A stretch of DNA of 44,722 nucleotides from an uncultured Actinomyces sp. (GTDB lineage: Bacteria; Actinomycetota; Actinomycetes; S36-B12). Made by a program: the position numbers and the translations under genes. Shown here one piece after another: positions 1 through 11,053 of the stretch (positions within the stretch are counted from its first letter, which is position 1; each line of letters opens with the position of its first letter). The DNA lies in contig CAYGMM010000002.1 in NCBI GenBank assembly GCA_964351035.1, positions 1 through 44,722 on the forward strand, in the 5' to 3' direction. The notes beneath the pieces are model-generated. The model did not search any database. It worked only from the letters and a program-made list of their open reading frames with translations, and was not told where the DNA came from.

Positions 1-31
1 CGCTGATCCGCCCACGGCCGTCATCGCCCCC

Positions 32-340
32 GTGGTGGAGGCCGAGGCGCCGGCTCCCGCTGAGGTTCCAGCGCCCACCGAACCAACCGTGATCAAGCGG
101 TCCTGGTTGGGTCTCTGGTCGATCGTGCTGTCCGTGCTCGGGCTCGGCATCTTGCCCATCATCGGCAGCGTGCTCGGCATTGTCTTGGGCCGACTGGCCC
201 TGCGCCGTGGCCCCGGCTACCGCGTCATCGGTGGCCGACCGCTCGCCATGGTCGGGTTCTGGCTCGGGACTGTCACCCTGGCCGTACTCACGATCTCCGT
301 AGCGACCTACGCCCTCGTCACCGCGTTCGCTGCGCGCTGA
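32..340 (+). CDS. Small membrane protein, DUF4190-like (possibly 5'-truncated by window edge)
   Basis: ORF 32-340. It has a Pro/Ala/Glu-rich N-terminus followed by two hydrophobic helices ([28 protein letters not shown] and [24 protein letters not shown]). The reading frame stays open back to base 2, so the real start may be upstream of the window. Confidence 0.6.
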   Translation: MVEAEAPAPAEVPAPTEPTVIKRSWLGLWSIVLSVLGLGILPIIGSVLGIVLGRLALRRGPGYRVIGGRPLAMVGFWLGTVTLAVLTISVATYALVTAFAAR

Positions 341-353
341 CTACGCTCCCCAC

Positions 354-1931
<1,578 letters not shown>

Positions 1932-1979
1932 CCCGGGAAGGTGTCAGGGGTTGGGGCTAGCGACTAGTAGCCTGACGGT

Positions 1980-2333
1980 GTGGAAATCGTCTTCAACGTC
2001 ATCGTCGTCCTTCACTTCATCGGCCTGGCCAGCCTCCTCGGTGGATTCCTGGTCCAGATGTCCTCGGCCGAGAAGGGCGTCAACCCCGCGATGCTGCACG
2101 GCGCGCTGACCCAGTTGGTGACCGGAGTGCTCATGATGGGCATCTTGGAAGCCGGCCTGCTCGAGGACGAGACCGCCAACGTCACGAAGTTGTCGGTGAA
2201 GCTCGCCATCACCTTGATCATCACGGTCTTGGCCTTCATCGGCCGGCGCCGTCCGCTGCCGCAGGTGGGCTTCTGGGGTGCCATCGGTGCACTCACCCTG
2301 GTGAACGTGATCCTCGCTGTCTTCTGGCACTAG
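1980..2333 (+). CDS. Small integral membrane protein, unknown function
   Basis: 117-aa ORF with a GTG start and about four hydrophobic helices. Third-position GC looks high (by eye). No recognisable catalytic motif. Confidence 0.55.
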   Translation: MEIVFNVIVVLHFIGLASLLGGFLVQMSSAEKGVNPAMLHGALTQLVTGVLMMGILEAGLLEDETANVTKLSVKLAITLIITVLAFIGRRRPLPQVGFWGAIGALTLVNVILAVFWH

Positions 2334-2363
2334 CCGACATCTGCCCCGTGCCGCCCTCCGGGG

Positions 2364-3095
2364 CTACGGCACATGTGTGACGAGGAAGCCCTCGGCGAGT
2401 TGCCCTTCCGGCAGACCGCCGCGCTCGGCCGCGGCACGCATCCACATCGTGATGCGATCTTCGAGGTCATCCATGTGCGACGTCTGACTCTCGTGCGCCC
2501 GCAGGGCCTCGAGCTTGCGCCCTAGGTGTTCGGTGACGTCGACGAAGTGATTCGGGGTGGGACCGCCCATGACCCAGACGTCGTGCACTGTCCAGGCGTC
2601 GAGACCTTCGTCGGCGAGCAGGGACGGATGCGCGAACGGATTGCGGGCATCGGGGTAGACAGCGAAGATCGCGGCCTCCCCGGCCGCGAGGTGATCGGGG
2701 TGGGAAGCGCCGAGACGCTCCCAGTTGCGGTCCGGGGACTGGATCAAGATGCGCTCGGGGCGGACCTGGCGGATCACCCGGCTGATGTCGCGACGCAGAT
2801 CCTGGGAGACGGTGAGGTCGCCGTCGCGGTAGCCGAGGAATCGGACGTCGTGTACGCCGAGGACGGCGGCGGCCGCGCGCTGCTCGGCACGACGGATGCC
2901 CGGAATCTCCGACCTCGGCACGGTGGGATCGAAGCCGCCGGCATCCCCGTCGGTGGCGATGCAGTAGGTCACTTCCGTGCCCTCAGCCACCCAGGTGGCG
3001 ATGGTTCCCGCGGCCCCGAAGTCCACGTCGTCGGGGTGTGCGGTGACTACGAGCGCGCGGGCCGCGTGGGCGGGGACGTCGTTGCTGGGGGACAC
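2364..3095 (-). CDS. PIG-L/LmbE family deacetylase
   Basis: Motifs VVTAHPDDVDFGAAG and HPDH, typical of the LmbE/PIG-L zinc deacetylase fold. The ORF extends to an ATG at 3137, but the GTG at 3095 is preceded by GGAGAA and gives the usual short N-terminus. The start is uncertain. Confidence 0.85.
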   Translation of the reverse strand: MSPSNDVPAHAARALVVTAHPDDVDFGAAGTIATWVAEGTEVTYCIATDGDAGGFDPTVPRSEIPGIRRAEQRAAAAVLGVHDVRFLGYRDGDLTVSQDLRRDISRVIRQVRPERILIQSPDRNWERLGASHPDHLAAGEAAIFAVYPDARNPFAHPSLLADEGLDAWTVHDVWVMGGPTPNHFVDVTEHLGRKLEALRAHESQTSHMDDLEDRITMWMRAAAERGGLPEGQLAEGFLVTHVP

Positions 3096-3244
3096 ACATT
3101 CTCCAAGAGGGGCAAATCGGACAGGTGGGATTTCCATGGGAAACGCCCGAGTCAGGAGTGGCTCATGGGGCTCAAGGGGCTACCTTGGACGATGTGCGTG
3201 CCCAGACAGCCCTGAGCCAGGGTGATCCTACGGGGTCGTGGTTG

Positions 3245-5278
3245 ATGCGTGTTTCGGTGGTCGTGGTCGCGATGGTGGCCAGCGCCACCTTCCTGGCCGG
3301 AGCCAATCCGGCCTCGGCGGCCCCCCTCGGCGAGGCCGACCATGTGCCCGATGAATCGCTGCTCATCGAAGACGGCGTACCCGTGGCCGATGACACCACT
3401 GTCGATGACGGGCACAGCGATGACGGGCACGACCATGATCACGACCTGCCGCCGGCAGTGGACGAAGAAGCGCCGAGTGGCGACGCGTCCAAGGACAAGA
3501 ACAAGGACAAGGACTCCGCCAAGAAGCCGGACAGCGCCAAGGACACGAACAAGAACAAGAAGGACGACGTCCCCCTCCCGCCGCCGCCCGCGGTCCCCGA
3601 CGGACTGCCCGCCGAGGTTGACCCGCTCGCCGGCTACCAGGGGCAGTTCATCTGCTCGCCCGAGACCAAGGTGGGTGCCGCCAAACTCACCGCGTTGATC
3701 CGCTCCACCTACGAGACGACGTACGACATCTGGACGCCGCGCGACTGCAACCAGGGCGGCCGCAGTGAGCACAAGGAGGGCCGCGCCCTCGACTGGATGA
3801 TCGACAGTTCGATCCCGAGCCAGAACGCGCAGGCTGAGTCCTTCCTCAACTGGCTGCTGGCGACGGACGAGAACGGCAATGAGTTCGCGATGGCCCGGCG
3901 CCTCGGCGTGATGTACATCGGCTGGGGCGATGAGATCTGGGAGTCGTACACGCGGCAGTGGACCGAACTCAAGGGTTGCTACAACCTGCAGGACGACGGC
4001 TACGACACCTACTGTCATCGCGATCACATCCATATCTCGCTCACCTGGGACGGCGCGGCAGCACAGACGAGTTTCTGGGGCGGCGACCCTTCACCGGCAC
4101 CGTTCTGCTCCGCCGCGCGTACGCCGTCCAGCACGCCGGCGGATCCGGGTGAAGGCCTGGACTTCGTCGCGATCACGCCCAAGCGCGTCCTGGATACGCA
4201 GACGGGCAAGGGCCTGTCCCAGCGTCCCTGCCGACTGGCCGCGCGATCCAGTGGTGGAGCCGGCAGCCCTGTCGTGATCAACGTCGCGCGAGGCCCCGGA
4301 GAGACGGCCAAGGCGGTGGCCGTGCGCGTGACGACTCTGAAGTCCAACTCGCCGGCCACCCTCACGGCGATCGCCACGGGGTCCTTTGATGAGATCGTCA
4401 TGAACGCCAAACGCGAATCGGTCAGCATCCTGCCGATTGCTACCGATGGCACCATCGCCTTCACCACGGACTCCGGTGCCACCCATGTGACCGTGGATGT
4501 TCTCGGCTACTTCGTCGATCCCTCCTCGGCAGGAGCCGACGGTGGTCGCCTCCTGCCCCAGGCGAACCAGGTGGTCTACGACTCTGTTGCACTGGCTGCC
4601 CCGCTCGCGCCTGGAGAGAAGCGCATCGTCGATGTTGGTCTCGCGGCCACAGCCGACGGTCCACCGGCGGGGGTGCTGATGAATCTCACCGTGACCGGAA
4701 CGCAGAAGGCTGGGTCGGTCATCGTGCGCAAGGTCGGCGAGAAGTCTTCACCGGCCGATGCGCGCATCCGCTATCGCGGGAAGGCGTCGGTGACCGAGCC
4801 GGTCATCGCCGCCCTCGACAACGAGGGTCGCGTCCTGGTGATCAACCGAGGTCGTGCGCCGATCGACGTCACCTTGACGCTTCAGGCCTCGGCCGTACGG
4901 ACTCCCGAGCTCGGCGCTCTGCTGGTGCCGGTCGAACCGGTCCAGGTGCGCAAAGGCCGCAGTCTGCTCACCGAACTCATCCAGACGCCGCACGATTCCG
5001 GTGAAGCGGTCTCGGCCGACACGATGACCCAGCGCGCACGGATCAGCGCTTCCGGGGCGTCCGCTGCCGTGCTGCGGGTGAGTGCTGCTGCGGTCAAGAA
5101 GGGTGGCGAGGTCACGTTCTACTCGCTCGGCAAGCCCGAGCATAACTCGCTGATCATCCCCCGCAAGTCACGCATCACCGGACTCATCATCGTCCCACTC
5201 GACAGCCGGGGCACCATCCGGCGCGATGTCGTCGGCGACGTCGATGTCAACGCCGAGGTCGTGGCGTACCTGCTCTAG
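3245..5278 (+). CDS. Secreted protein with LAS-type (SxHxxGxAxD ... HxDHxH) zinc-peptidase-like domain and three C-terminal beta-rich repeats
   Basis: The ATG at 3245 gives a signal peptide (MRVSVVVVAMVASATFLAGANPASAAP). The ORF start at 3125 would overlap the divergent gene. Features in order are a His/Asp-rich then Lys/Asp-rich linker, the motifs SEHKEGRALDW and CHRDHIHIS, and three similar ~120-aa C-terminal modules. Confidence 0.75.
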   Translation: MRVSVVVVAMVASATFLAGANPASAAPLGEADHVPDESLLIEDGVPVADDTTVDDGHSDDGHDHDHDLPPAVDEEAPSGDASKDKNKDKDSAKKPDSAKDTNKNKKDDVPLPPPPAVPDGLPAEVDPLAGYQGQFICSPETKVGAAKLTALIRSTYETTYDIWTPRDCNQGGRSEHKEGRALDWMIDSSIPSQNAQAESFLNWLLATDENGNEFAMARRLGVMYIGWGDEIWESYTRQWTELKGCYNLQDDGYDTYCHRDHIHISLTWDGAAAQTSFWGGDPSPAPFCSAARTPSSTPADPGEGLDFVAITPKRVLDTQTGKGLSQRPCRLAARSSGGAGSPVVINVARGPGETAKAVAVRVTTLKSNSPATLTAIATGSFDEIVMNAKRESVSILPIATDGTIAFTTDSGATHVTVDVLGYFVDPSSAGADGGRLLPQANQVVYDSVALAAPLAPGEKRIVDVGLAATADGPPAGVLMNLTVTGTQKAGSVIVRKVGEKSSPADARIRYRGKASVTEPVIAALDNEGRVLVINRGRAPIDVTLTLQASAVRTPELGALLVPVEPVQVRKGRSLLTELIQTPHDSGEAVSADTMTQRARISASGASAAVLRVSAAAVKKGGEVTFYSLGKPEHNSLIIPRKSRITGLIIVPLDSRGTIRRDVVGDVDVNAEVVAYLL

Positions 5279-5344
5279 CCGCTCGACGCCAAAGCTCCGA
5301 CAGCGCCTCGCCGCACCGTCAGCGCGACGCCGTACGATCGCCGG

Positions 5345-7537
5345 GTGTCTGATCTGAACCCGGCCCAGGATGAGGCGGTCCACCATCGTGGGGGGCCCCT
5401 GCTCATCGTGGCGGGTGCCGGGTCGGGCAAGACGCGGGTTCTCACCCGCCGTATCGCCCACCTCATTCGCGAGGAGCATGTGCGGCCCTCGGAGATCCTC
5501 GCGATCACGTTCACCAACAAGGCGGCTCGCGAGATGGCCGAGCGAGTCGCCGATCTCGTCGGACCGGCATCACGCGCCATGTGGGTGATGACCTTCCACT
5601 CCGCGTGTGTCCGCATCCTGCGCCGTGAGGCTGGTCGACTCGGCATGTCGACGAACTTCTCCATCTACGACGCAGCCGACTCCCAGCGGCTGATGTCGAT
5701 GGTGATGCGAGACCTTGATCTGGACCCCAAGCGCAATCCGCCGAGGTCCTTCACCGCGCGCGTGTCACAGTTGAAGAACGAACTCATCGACGAGGAGTCG
5801 TTCGCCCAGCGCGCGCAGACCCCGCAGGAGAAGGCACTGGCGCAGGCCTACGCCGAGTACCAGCGTCGCCTTCGTCTTGCCAACGCATTCGACTTCGATG
5901 ATCTGATCGGTGCGACGGTGGCCCTGCTCCAACTCTTCCCGGACGTGGCGCAGCACTATCGCCGCCGATTCCGCCACATCCTGGTTGACGAGTACCAGGA
6001 CACCAATCACGCGCAGTACGTCCTGATCCGGGAACTAGTGGGTGACGGGTCGGACGGAGTGTCACCCGCCGAGTTGTGTGTGGTGGGCGATGCGGACCAG
6101 TCGATCTATGCCTTCCGCGGTGCGACGATCCGCAATATCGAGGAGTTCGAGAGGGATTTCCCCGACGCACGGACAGTCCTCCTTGAGCAGAACTACCGCT
6201 CGACACAGACGATCCTCGACGCGGCCAACAAGGTCATCGCCCGCAACACCGGTCGTCGCCCCAAGCGGCTGTGGACCGACTCCGGTCCGGGTGAGCAGAT
6301 CGCGCTCTACGTTGCCGACGATGAGCATGACGAGGCGCGCTTCGTGGCCGACGAGATCGACCAACTCGTCGACACTGAGGGCCTCCGCCCCGCGGACGTG
6401 GCGGTCTTCTATCGAACAAATGCACAGTCCCGTGCGGTGGAAGAGATCTTCATCAGGGTCGGTATGCCGTACACCGTGGTGGGCGGAACCCGCTTCTATG
6501 AGCGCCGCGAGATCCGCGATGCCATCGCCTACCTCCGCGCCATCGCCAACCGGGACGACGACGTCTCCCTGCGCCGCATCCTCAATGTGCCCAAGCGCGG
6601 CATCGGCGACCGCGCCGAAGAGGTCATCGACACCTTTGCCCAACGTGAGCGCATCTCCTTCGGCGCAGCCCTCGATCGCCTCGACGAGATTGGCGGGCTC
6701 GCGACTCGCTCGCATACTCAGGCCAAGGCGTTTGCTCAACTCATGTCCGACCTGCGCACCCTGGACGAGGCCGGTGAGGGGCCAGCGGTGATCTTGCAGG
6801 CGGTGCTGGAGCAGAGCGGCTATCTCGCCGAACTTCAGGCATCGACCGATCCCCAGGATGAATCCCGCGTGGAGAATCTCGCCGAACTCGAATCGGTGGC
6901 CGCCGAATACGAGCGGGACAACGACGAGCCGACGCTCGCCGGGTTCCTCGAGCGCGTCTCACTCGTCGCCGATGCCGATGAGATCCCCGATGACGATGAA
7001 GGCGTCGTCACGCTCATGACCTTGCATACAGCAAAAGGCCTGGAGTTCCCGGTGGTCTTCCTCACCGGCATGGAAGACGGCGTCTTTCCGCACATCCGGT
7101 CCCTGGGGTCGGAGTCCGAACTCGAGGAGGAGCGCCGCTTGGCGTATGTCGGCATCACGCGGGCACGGCAACGCCTCTACCTCACCCGTGCCGTCACCCG
7201 ATCGGCCTGGGGCACGCCCTCGCACAATCCCGCGTCGCGTTTCCTGGACGAGATTCCGCCCGAACTCGTGGATTCCCGACGCGACGAGCCCGAGCCCACC
7301 TGGACGCCGACGCCGCCGTCCCATCGCCCCACCGGATTCGGTCGCCCGCAGCCCACGTCGGGCACGGCACCGGTCGTCTCGTTGGCGGTAGGGGAGCGGG
7401 TGACGCACAAGACGTTCGGGCTCGGGACCGTGGTCGAGACCAGCGGTGTGGGCGATCGAGCCGAGGCGACGATCGATTTCGGCAGTGCCGGCACGAAGCG
7501 GCTGCTGTTGCGTTATGCGCCGGTGGAGAAGCTCTAG
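5345..7537 (+). CDS. pcrA: ATP-dependent DNA helicase PcrA (UvrD/Rep family, SF1)
   Basis: 730 aa. Walker A AGAGSGKT, DEYQDT, TLHTAKGLEF and the other SF1 motifs are present. The C-terminal Tudor-like tail is GERVTHKTFGLGTV. Confidence 0.95.
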   Translation: MSDLNPAQDEAVHHRGGPLLIVAGAGSGKTRVLTRRIAHLIREEHVRPSEILAITFTNKAAREMAERVADLVGPASRAMWVMTFHSACVRILRREAGRLGMSTNFSIYDAADSQRLMSMVMRDLDLDPKRNPPRSFTARVSQLKNELIDEESFAQRAQTPQEKALAQAYAEYQRRLRLANAFDFDDLIGATVALLQLFPDVAQHYRRRFRHILVDEYQDTNHAQYVLIRELVGDGSDGVSPAELCVVGDADQSIYAFRGATIRNIEEFERDFPDARTVLLEQNYRSTQTILDAANKVIARNTGRRPKRLWTDSGPGEQIALYVADDEHDEARFVADEIDQLVDTEGLRPADVAVFYRTNAQSRAVEEIFIRVGMPYTVVGGTRFYERREIRDAIAYLRAIANRDDDVSLRRILNVPKRGIGDRAEEVIDTFAQRERISFGAALDRLDEIGGLATRSHTQAKAFAQLMSDLRTLDEAGEGPAVILQAVLEQSGYLAELQASTDPQDESRVENLAELESVAAEYERDNDEPTLAGFLERVSLVADADEIPDDDEGVVTLMTLHTAKGLEFPVVFLTGMEDGVFPHIRSLGSESELEEERRLAYVGITRARQRLYLTRAVTRSAWGTPSHNPASRFLDEIPPELVDSRRDEPEPTWTPTPPSHRPTGFGRPQPTSGTAPVVSLAVGERVTHKTFGLGTVVETSGVGDRAEATIDFGSAGTKRLLLRYAPVEKL

Positions 7538-8274
7538 CAGCCGAAGTTCTTGCAGGCCCAGCGCGGTGGCTTGGCTGGGACGCCGGGCTTGGCGCCGGTC
7601 CACAGACCCGCGGGATTCGATGGCGTTAGCGCGGGCCCCACACGCACCTCGAAGTGCAGGTGGGGACCCGAAGAAGCACCCGTGTTGCCGATCTTGCCGA
7701 TGAGATCACCGGCCTGGACACGCTGCCCCTGCTTGACCTTGATCTTCGACAGGTGCGCGTAGCGGGTCTGCGTACCGTCCTTGCGCATGATCATGACGAG
7801 ATTGCCGTAGCCGGCATCGTTGTACGTCGCGTACGTGACCTTGCCATCGGTCGCGGCGTAGACGGGGTCGCCGAGATCGCCGTTGAAATCGATCCCGGCG
7901 TGACCACGGGGCCAGTCCGAACTCACCGCGCCGAACTCGCCACTGATGGGCGTGCCCCAGGTGACGGGGTAGCTGTACGCCGGTCCGGAGTAGGTGGGCT
8001 CATCCCCTGGCTGACCCGCGGCCGCCCGGCCCGCGAGGGCGTTGACCGCCGTGACCGAGGCGATGTGGGCGACGCCTGCGGAGCCATCGAGGCGTAGGTC
8101 GCTGCTGTCGCTGCGTCCCTGCCCGGTGGGCACCCCGGAGCCGCCGGCGCCGTCCACCGGGCCCGCGGCCTGCGCAGAGATACCGAAGGCCCAGGGAACG
8201 GCGGTGAGCACGATGGCCGCCTGGCCCAATATGAGGACTCCCACGCAGGCGATGGGGAGGAGGAGGCGGCGCAC
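7534..8274 (-). CDS. Secreted M23 family metallopeptidase
   Basis: Signal peptide MRRLLLPIACVGVLILG. M23 motifs HAGIDF and GPHLHFEV. Its stop codon overlaps the pcrA stop in a convergent CTAG arrangement. Confidence 0.9.
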   Translation of the reverse strand: MRRLLLPIACVGVLILGQAAIVLTAVPWAFGISAQAAGPVDGAGGSGVPTGQGRSDSSDLRLDGSAGVAHIASVTAVNALAGRAAAGQPGDEPTYSGPAYSYPVTWGTPISGEFGAVSSDWPRGHAGIDFNGDLGDPVYAATDGKVTYATYNDAGYGNLVMIMRKDGTQTRYAHLSKIKVKQGQRVQAGDLIGKIGNTGASSGPHLHFEVRVGPALTPSNPAGLWTGAKPGVPAKPPRWACKNFGC

Positions 8275-8330
8275 CCCCCGGGTCTATCAGGTTCGAGCGG
8301 AAATCGGCAAACCAGTGAGGCGGATGGGGT

Positions 8331-8352
8331 AGATGTGACAGATGTGACAGAT
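8331..8352 (-). promoter_or_regulatory. Tandem 9-bp direct repeats (GTCACATCT x2 on minus strand), candidate response-regulator (MtrA-like) box upstream of the M23 peptidase
   Basis: The plus strand reads agatgtgac-agatgtgac-agat. This lies 57-78 nt upstream of the peptidase GTG at 8274. Confidence 0.3.
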
Positions 8353-8371
8353 ATGGCTTTGTGGATCGCGC

Positions 8372-8770
8372 CTACGCGGGCGTGACGTGGGCGCCCACCC
8401 AGGAGGAGATCTCCTCCATGGACGTGCCGGGGCCGAAGATCTCGGCCACCCCGAGTTCCTTTAAGCCCGGGACGTCGGCGTCGGGGATGATCCCGCCACC
8501 GAAGACGACGATGTCGGTGGCGTCCCGGCGCTGAAGCTCGGCCATCAGTTCAGTGAAGAGCACCTGGTGGGCACCGGACAGGATCGAGACGCCAATGGCA
8601 TCGACGTCCTCCTGGATCGCCGCGTCAACAATGTGCTCGGGCGTCTGGTGCAGGCCGGTGTAGATCACCTCGAAGCCCGCGTCGCGTAGAGCTCGGGCCA
8701 CGACCTTGGCGCCGCGATCGTGGCCGTCGAGTCCGGGCTTGGCCACCAGGATGCGTGCTGTGGCAGACAT
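8372..8770 (-). CDS. Cobalamin (B12)-binding domain protein, methylmalonyl-/isobutyryl-CoA mutase small-subunit-like
   Basis: [35 protein letters not shown] contains the DxHxxG B12-binding signature. The ATG at 8770 is preceded by GGAAGGGG. The ORF extends to 8851. Confidence 0.85.
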   Translation of the reverse strand: MSATARILVAKPGLDGHDRGAKVVARALRDAGFEVIYTGLHQTPEHIVDAAIQEDVDAIGVSILSGAHQVLFTELMAELQRRDATDIVVFGGGIIPDADVPGLKELGVAEIFGPGTSMEEISSWVGAHVTPA

Positions 8771-8906
8771 CGCGCCCCTTCCCTCGTGCGGCGACGGTTC
8801 GCCCACGGATTTCGCCCCTAACGATAGGGGCAGAAGGCTCCCGACCGGCATGACCCCTACCCGCGGTCGCAGGACATACCGCCCACGAGCGCGCTACGGT
8901 CGGTAG

Positions 8907-9788
8907 GTGGTCGCCGAACCTGTCCCGGTGCCGCCGTACGAGATGACCGATGGGCTCGGTCGCCGTGCGGTCATGGGACTGCGCGACGGCGCTTCCTGGG
9001 TCGGCCGTTCTTTGCTCACGCCGAGCGCCGTCAAAGGTGTCGCGGTCGAGACCGCCTGGGTGGCCGCCCACCTCGCGATGTACCCGATGGGCCTGGTCGA
9101 AGAGCAGTTCCGATTGCAGCAGGAGCGGCACTCCCTCGAGGGCCTGCCGCCCGCCCAGCGCGGCCTGCTCGTCGGCGACGTCGTGGCCGCGGGCACGCCG
9201 ATCGTCCTGGTCCACGGCGTCATGGACAACCGCTCGATCTTCACGGTCCTGCGCCGCGGGCTGCACCGTCGAGGATTTGGCTCGACGTACGCCCTCAACT
9301 ATTCGCCGTTGACCGACGACATCCGCTCGGTCGCCGTGCGCCTCGGCGATCTCGTCGAGGAGGTGTGCGAGGAGACCGGGCACGATCAGGTGCACGTCAT
9401 CGGTCACTCCATGGGCGGCCTCATCGGTCGCTACCTCGTGCAACGTCTCGGCGGTGACCAGCGTGTGCACACTCTCGTCACCCTCGGTACGCCGCATCAG
9501 GGCACGCTGCCCGCGCACCTGGTGCCGTTGACGGTCGCCCGCCAGATGCGTATCGGGGGTGATCTGATCACCGAACTCGACGAACCAGCCCCCGGCTGCC
9601 GCACGCGAATCCTCGCCGTGTGGTCCGACATCGACCAGCTGGTCATCCCGCAGCCCAACGCGCAGGTGCTGCACCCGGACCTCAACGCCCGCAACATGCT
9701 GGTCCGCGGAGTGGGACACCTGTCGTTACCGGTTGACGGCCGCGTCGTACGCGAGATCGGGTCGATGCTGTCGCTGCTCGACAACTGA
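8907..9788 (+). CDS. Alpha/beta hydrolase (lipase/esterase-like)
   Basis: Nucleophile elbow GHSMGG, upstream VLVHG oxyanion region, 293 aa. Confidence 0.8.
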   Translation: MVAEPVPVPPYEMTDGLGRRAVMGLRDGASWVGRSLLTPSAVKGVAVETAWVAAHLAMYPMGLVEEQFRLQQERHSLEGLPPAQRGLLVGDVVAAGTPIVLVHGVMDNRSIFTVLRRGLHRRGFGSTYALNYSPLTDDIRSVAVRLGDLVEEVCEETGHDQVHVIGHSMGGLIGRYLVQRLGGDQRVHTLVTLGTPHQGTLPAHLVPLTVARQMRIGGDLITELDEPAPGCRTRILAVWSDIDQLVIPQPNAQVLHPDLNARNMLVRGVGHLSLPVDGRVVREIGSMLSLLDN

Positions 9789-9829
9789 TCAGGGGGCGCG
9801 TCGGGCGGCAGGGCTTTCCTCAGTAGGCT

Positions 9830-9846
9830 GACGGGACCGTCCCGTC
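9830..9846. promoter_or_regulatory. 17-bp perfect palindrome GACGGGAC-C-GTCCCGTC just upstream of sucC
   Basis: Read directly. It ends 14 nt before the sucC GTG at 9860. Confidence 0.25.
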
Positions 9847-9859
9847 GAAGGGCTTTTCT

Positions 9860-11053
9860 GTGGATCTCTACGAATACCAGGCCAAGACACTGTTCGACGC
9901 ACACGAGGTGCCGGTCACCGCCGGCGAAGTTTGCGTGACCCCCGACGCCGCTCACGAGGTTGCCCGCAAGATCGGCGGCCCGGTCGTGGTCAAGGCGCAG
10001 GTGAAGACCGGTGGTCGCGGCAAGGCCGGCGGCGTCAAACTCGCCGATACCCCCGAGGATGCCCAGGCACGTGCGTCGGACATTCTCGGCATGGATATCA
10101 AGGGCCACACGGTGCACCGCGTGCTGGTGACCGAAGCCACGGACATCGCGGAGGAGTATTACGTCTCCTTCCTGCTCGACCGCGCCAACCGCGCGTTCCT
10201 TGCCATGGCCAGCGTCGAGGGCGGTGTCGAGATCGAAGAGGTGGCGGCGACGCGCCCCGAGGCGCTGGCGCTGGTTCGGGTCGATGCGATTGACGGCGTC
10301 GATGCGGCCAAGGCCCGCGCGATCGTCGACCAGGCCGGGTTCCCCGCGAATATCCGCGACGAGGTCACCAACGTGCTCGTGCGCCTGTGGGATGTCCTGG
10401 TCAAGGAGGACGCGACGCTGGTGGAGGTCAACCCGCTGGTCCTCACCACCGACGGTCGTGTGCTCGCCCTCGACGGCAAGGTGACGCTGGACGACAACGC
10501 TCACTACCGCCACGCATCGCACGCCGATCTGGTCGATCGTGAAGGCACCGATCCGATCGAGCTGCGAGCCAAGGAACTCGACCTCAACTACGTCAAGCTC
10601 GATGGCGAGGTCGGGGTCGTCGGCAATGGCGCGGGGCTCGTTATGAGCACCCTGGACGTCGTTGCGTACGCCGGCGAGGAGTTCGGCGGAATCCGTCCGG
10701 CGAACTTCCTCGACATCGGTGGCGGCGCGAGCGCGGAGATCATGGCCAACGGTCTCGACATCGTGCTCAACGACCCGGACGTCTACGCGGTCTTCGTGAA
10801 CGTCTTCGGTGGCATCACCGCGTGCGACGCGGTGGCGGACGGCATCGTCCAGGCCGTCGAGATGCTCGCGGCCAAGGGCGAGCCGATCACCAAGCCGATC
10901 GTGTGCCGCATCGACGGCAACAACGCCGAAGAGGGGCGTCGCATCCTCACCGACTTCAACCATCCGCTCGTGGAGATGGTCGAGACCATGGACGATGCCG
11001 CGCGGCGCGTGGCCGAACTAGCGGCAGCGGGCCGCGACGGGAGCGCATCATGA
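9860..11053 (+). CDS. sucC: Succinate--CoA ligase (ADP-forming) beta subunit
   Basis: [13 protein letters not shown]-terminus, ATP-grasp domain, and a GGITACD-type ligase-CoA motif. It overlaps sucD in an ATGA arrangement. Confidence 0.97.
   Translation: MDLYEYQAKTLFDAHEVPVTAGEVCVTPDAAHEVARKIGGPVVVKAQVKTGGRGKAGGVKLADTPEDAQARASDILGMDIKGHTVHRVLVTEATDIAEEYYVSFLLDRANRAFLAMASVEGGVEIEEVAATRPEALALVRVDAIDGVDAAKARAIVDQAGFPANIRDEVTNVLVRLWDVLVKEDATLVEVNPLVLTTDGRVLALDGKVTLDDNAHYRHASHADLVDREGTDPIELRAKELDLNYVKLDGEVGVVGNGAGLVMSTLDVVAYAGEEFGGIRPANFLDIGGGASAEIMANGLDIVLNDPDVYAVFVNVFGGITACDAVADGIVQAVEMLAAKGEPITKPIVCRIDGNNAEEGRRILTDFNHPLVEMVETMDDAARRVAELAAAGRDGSAS

Noticed and set aside
3125-3244. Upstream 40 codons of the 717-aa ORF.
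   Set aside because: They would overlap the divergent PIG-L gene. A proper signal peptide begins at the ATG at 3245.
7534-7537. Convergent overlap of the pcrA and M23 peptidase stop codons (CTAG). A similar TTAG overlap of DinB and gpgS occurs at 43326-43329.
   Set aside because: This is common compaction in high-GC genomes. There is no room for a terminator, but it is not in itself unusual enough to report as a finding.
9497-10963. 488-aa ORF on the minus strand.
   Set aside because: It is antisense to sucC, which has unmistakable homology motifs. The translation is rich in Arg, Asp, Val and Gly with no motifs, typical of a high-GC shadow ORF. The same reasoning applies to 8625-9719(-), 10783-12126(-), 14946-16061(-), 15472-16743(+), 17262-18068(-), 21423-22430(-) and 43551-44396(+).
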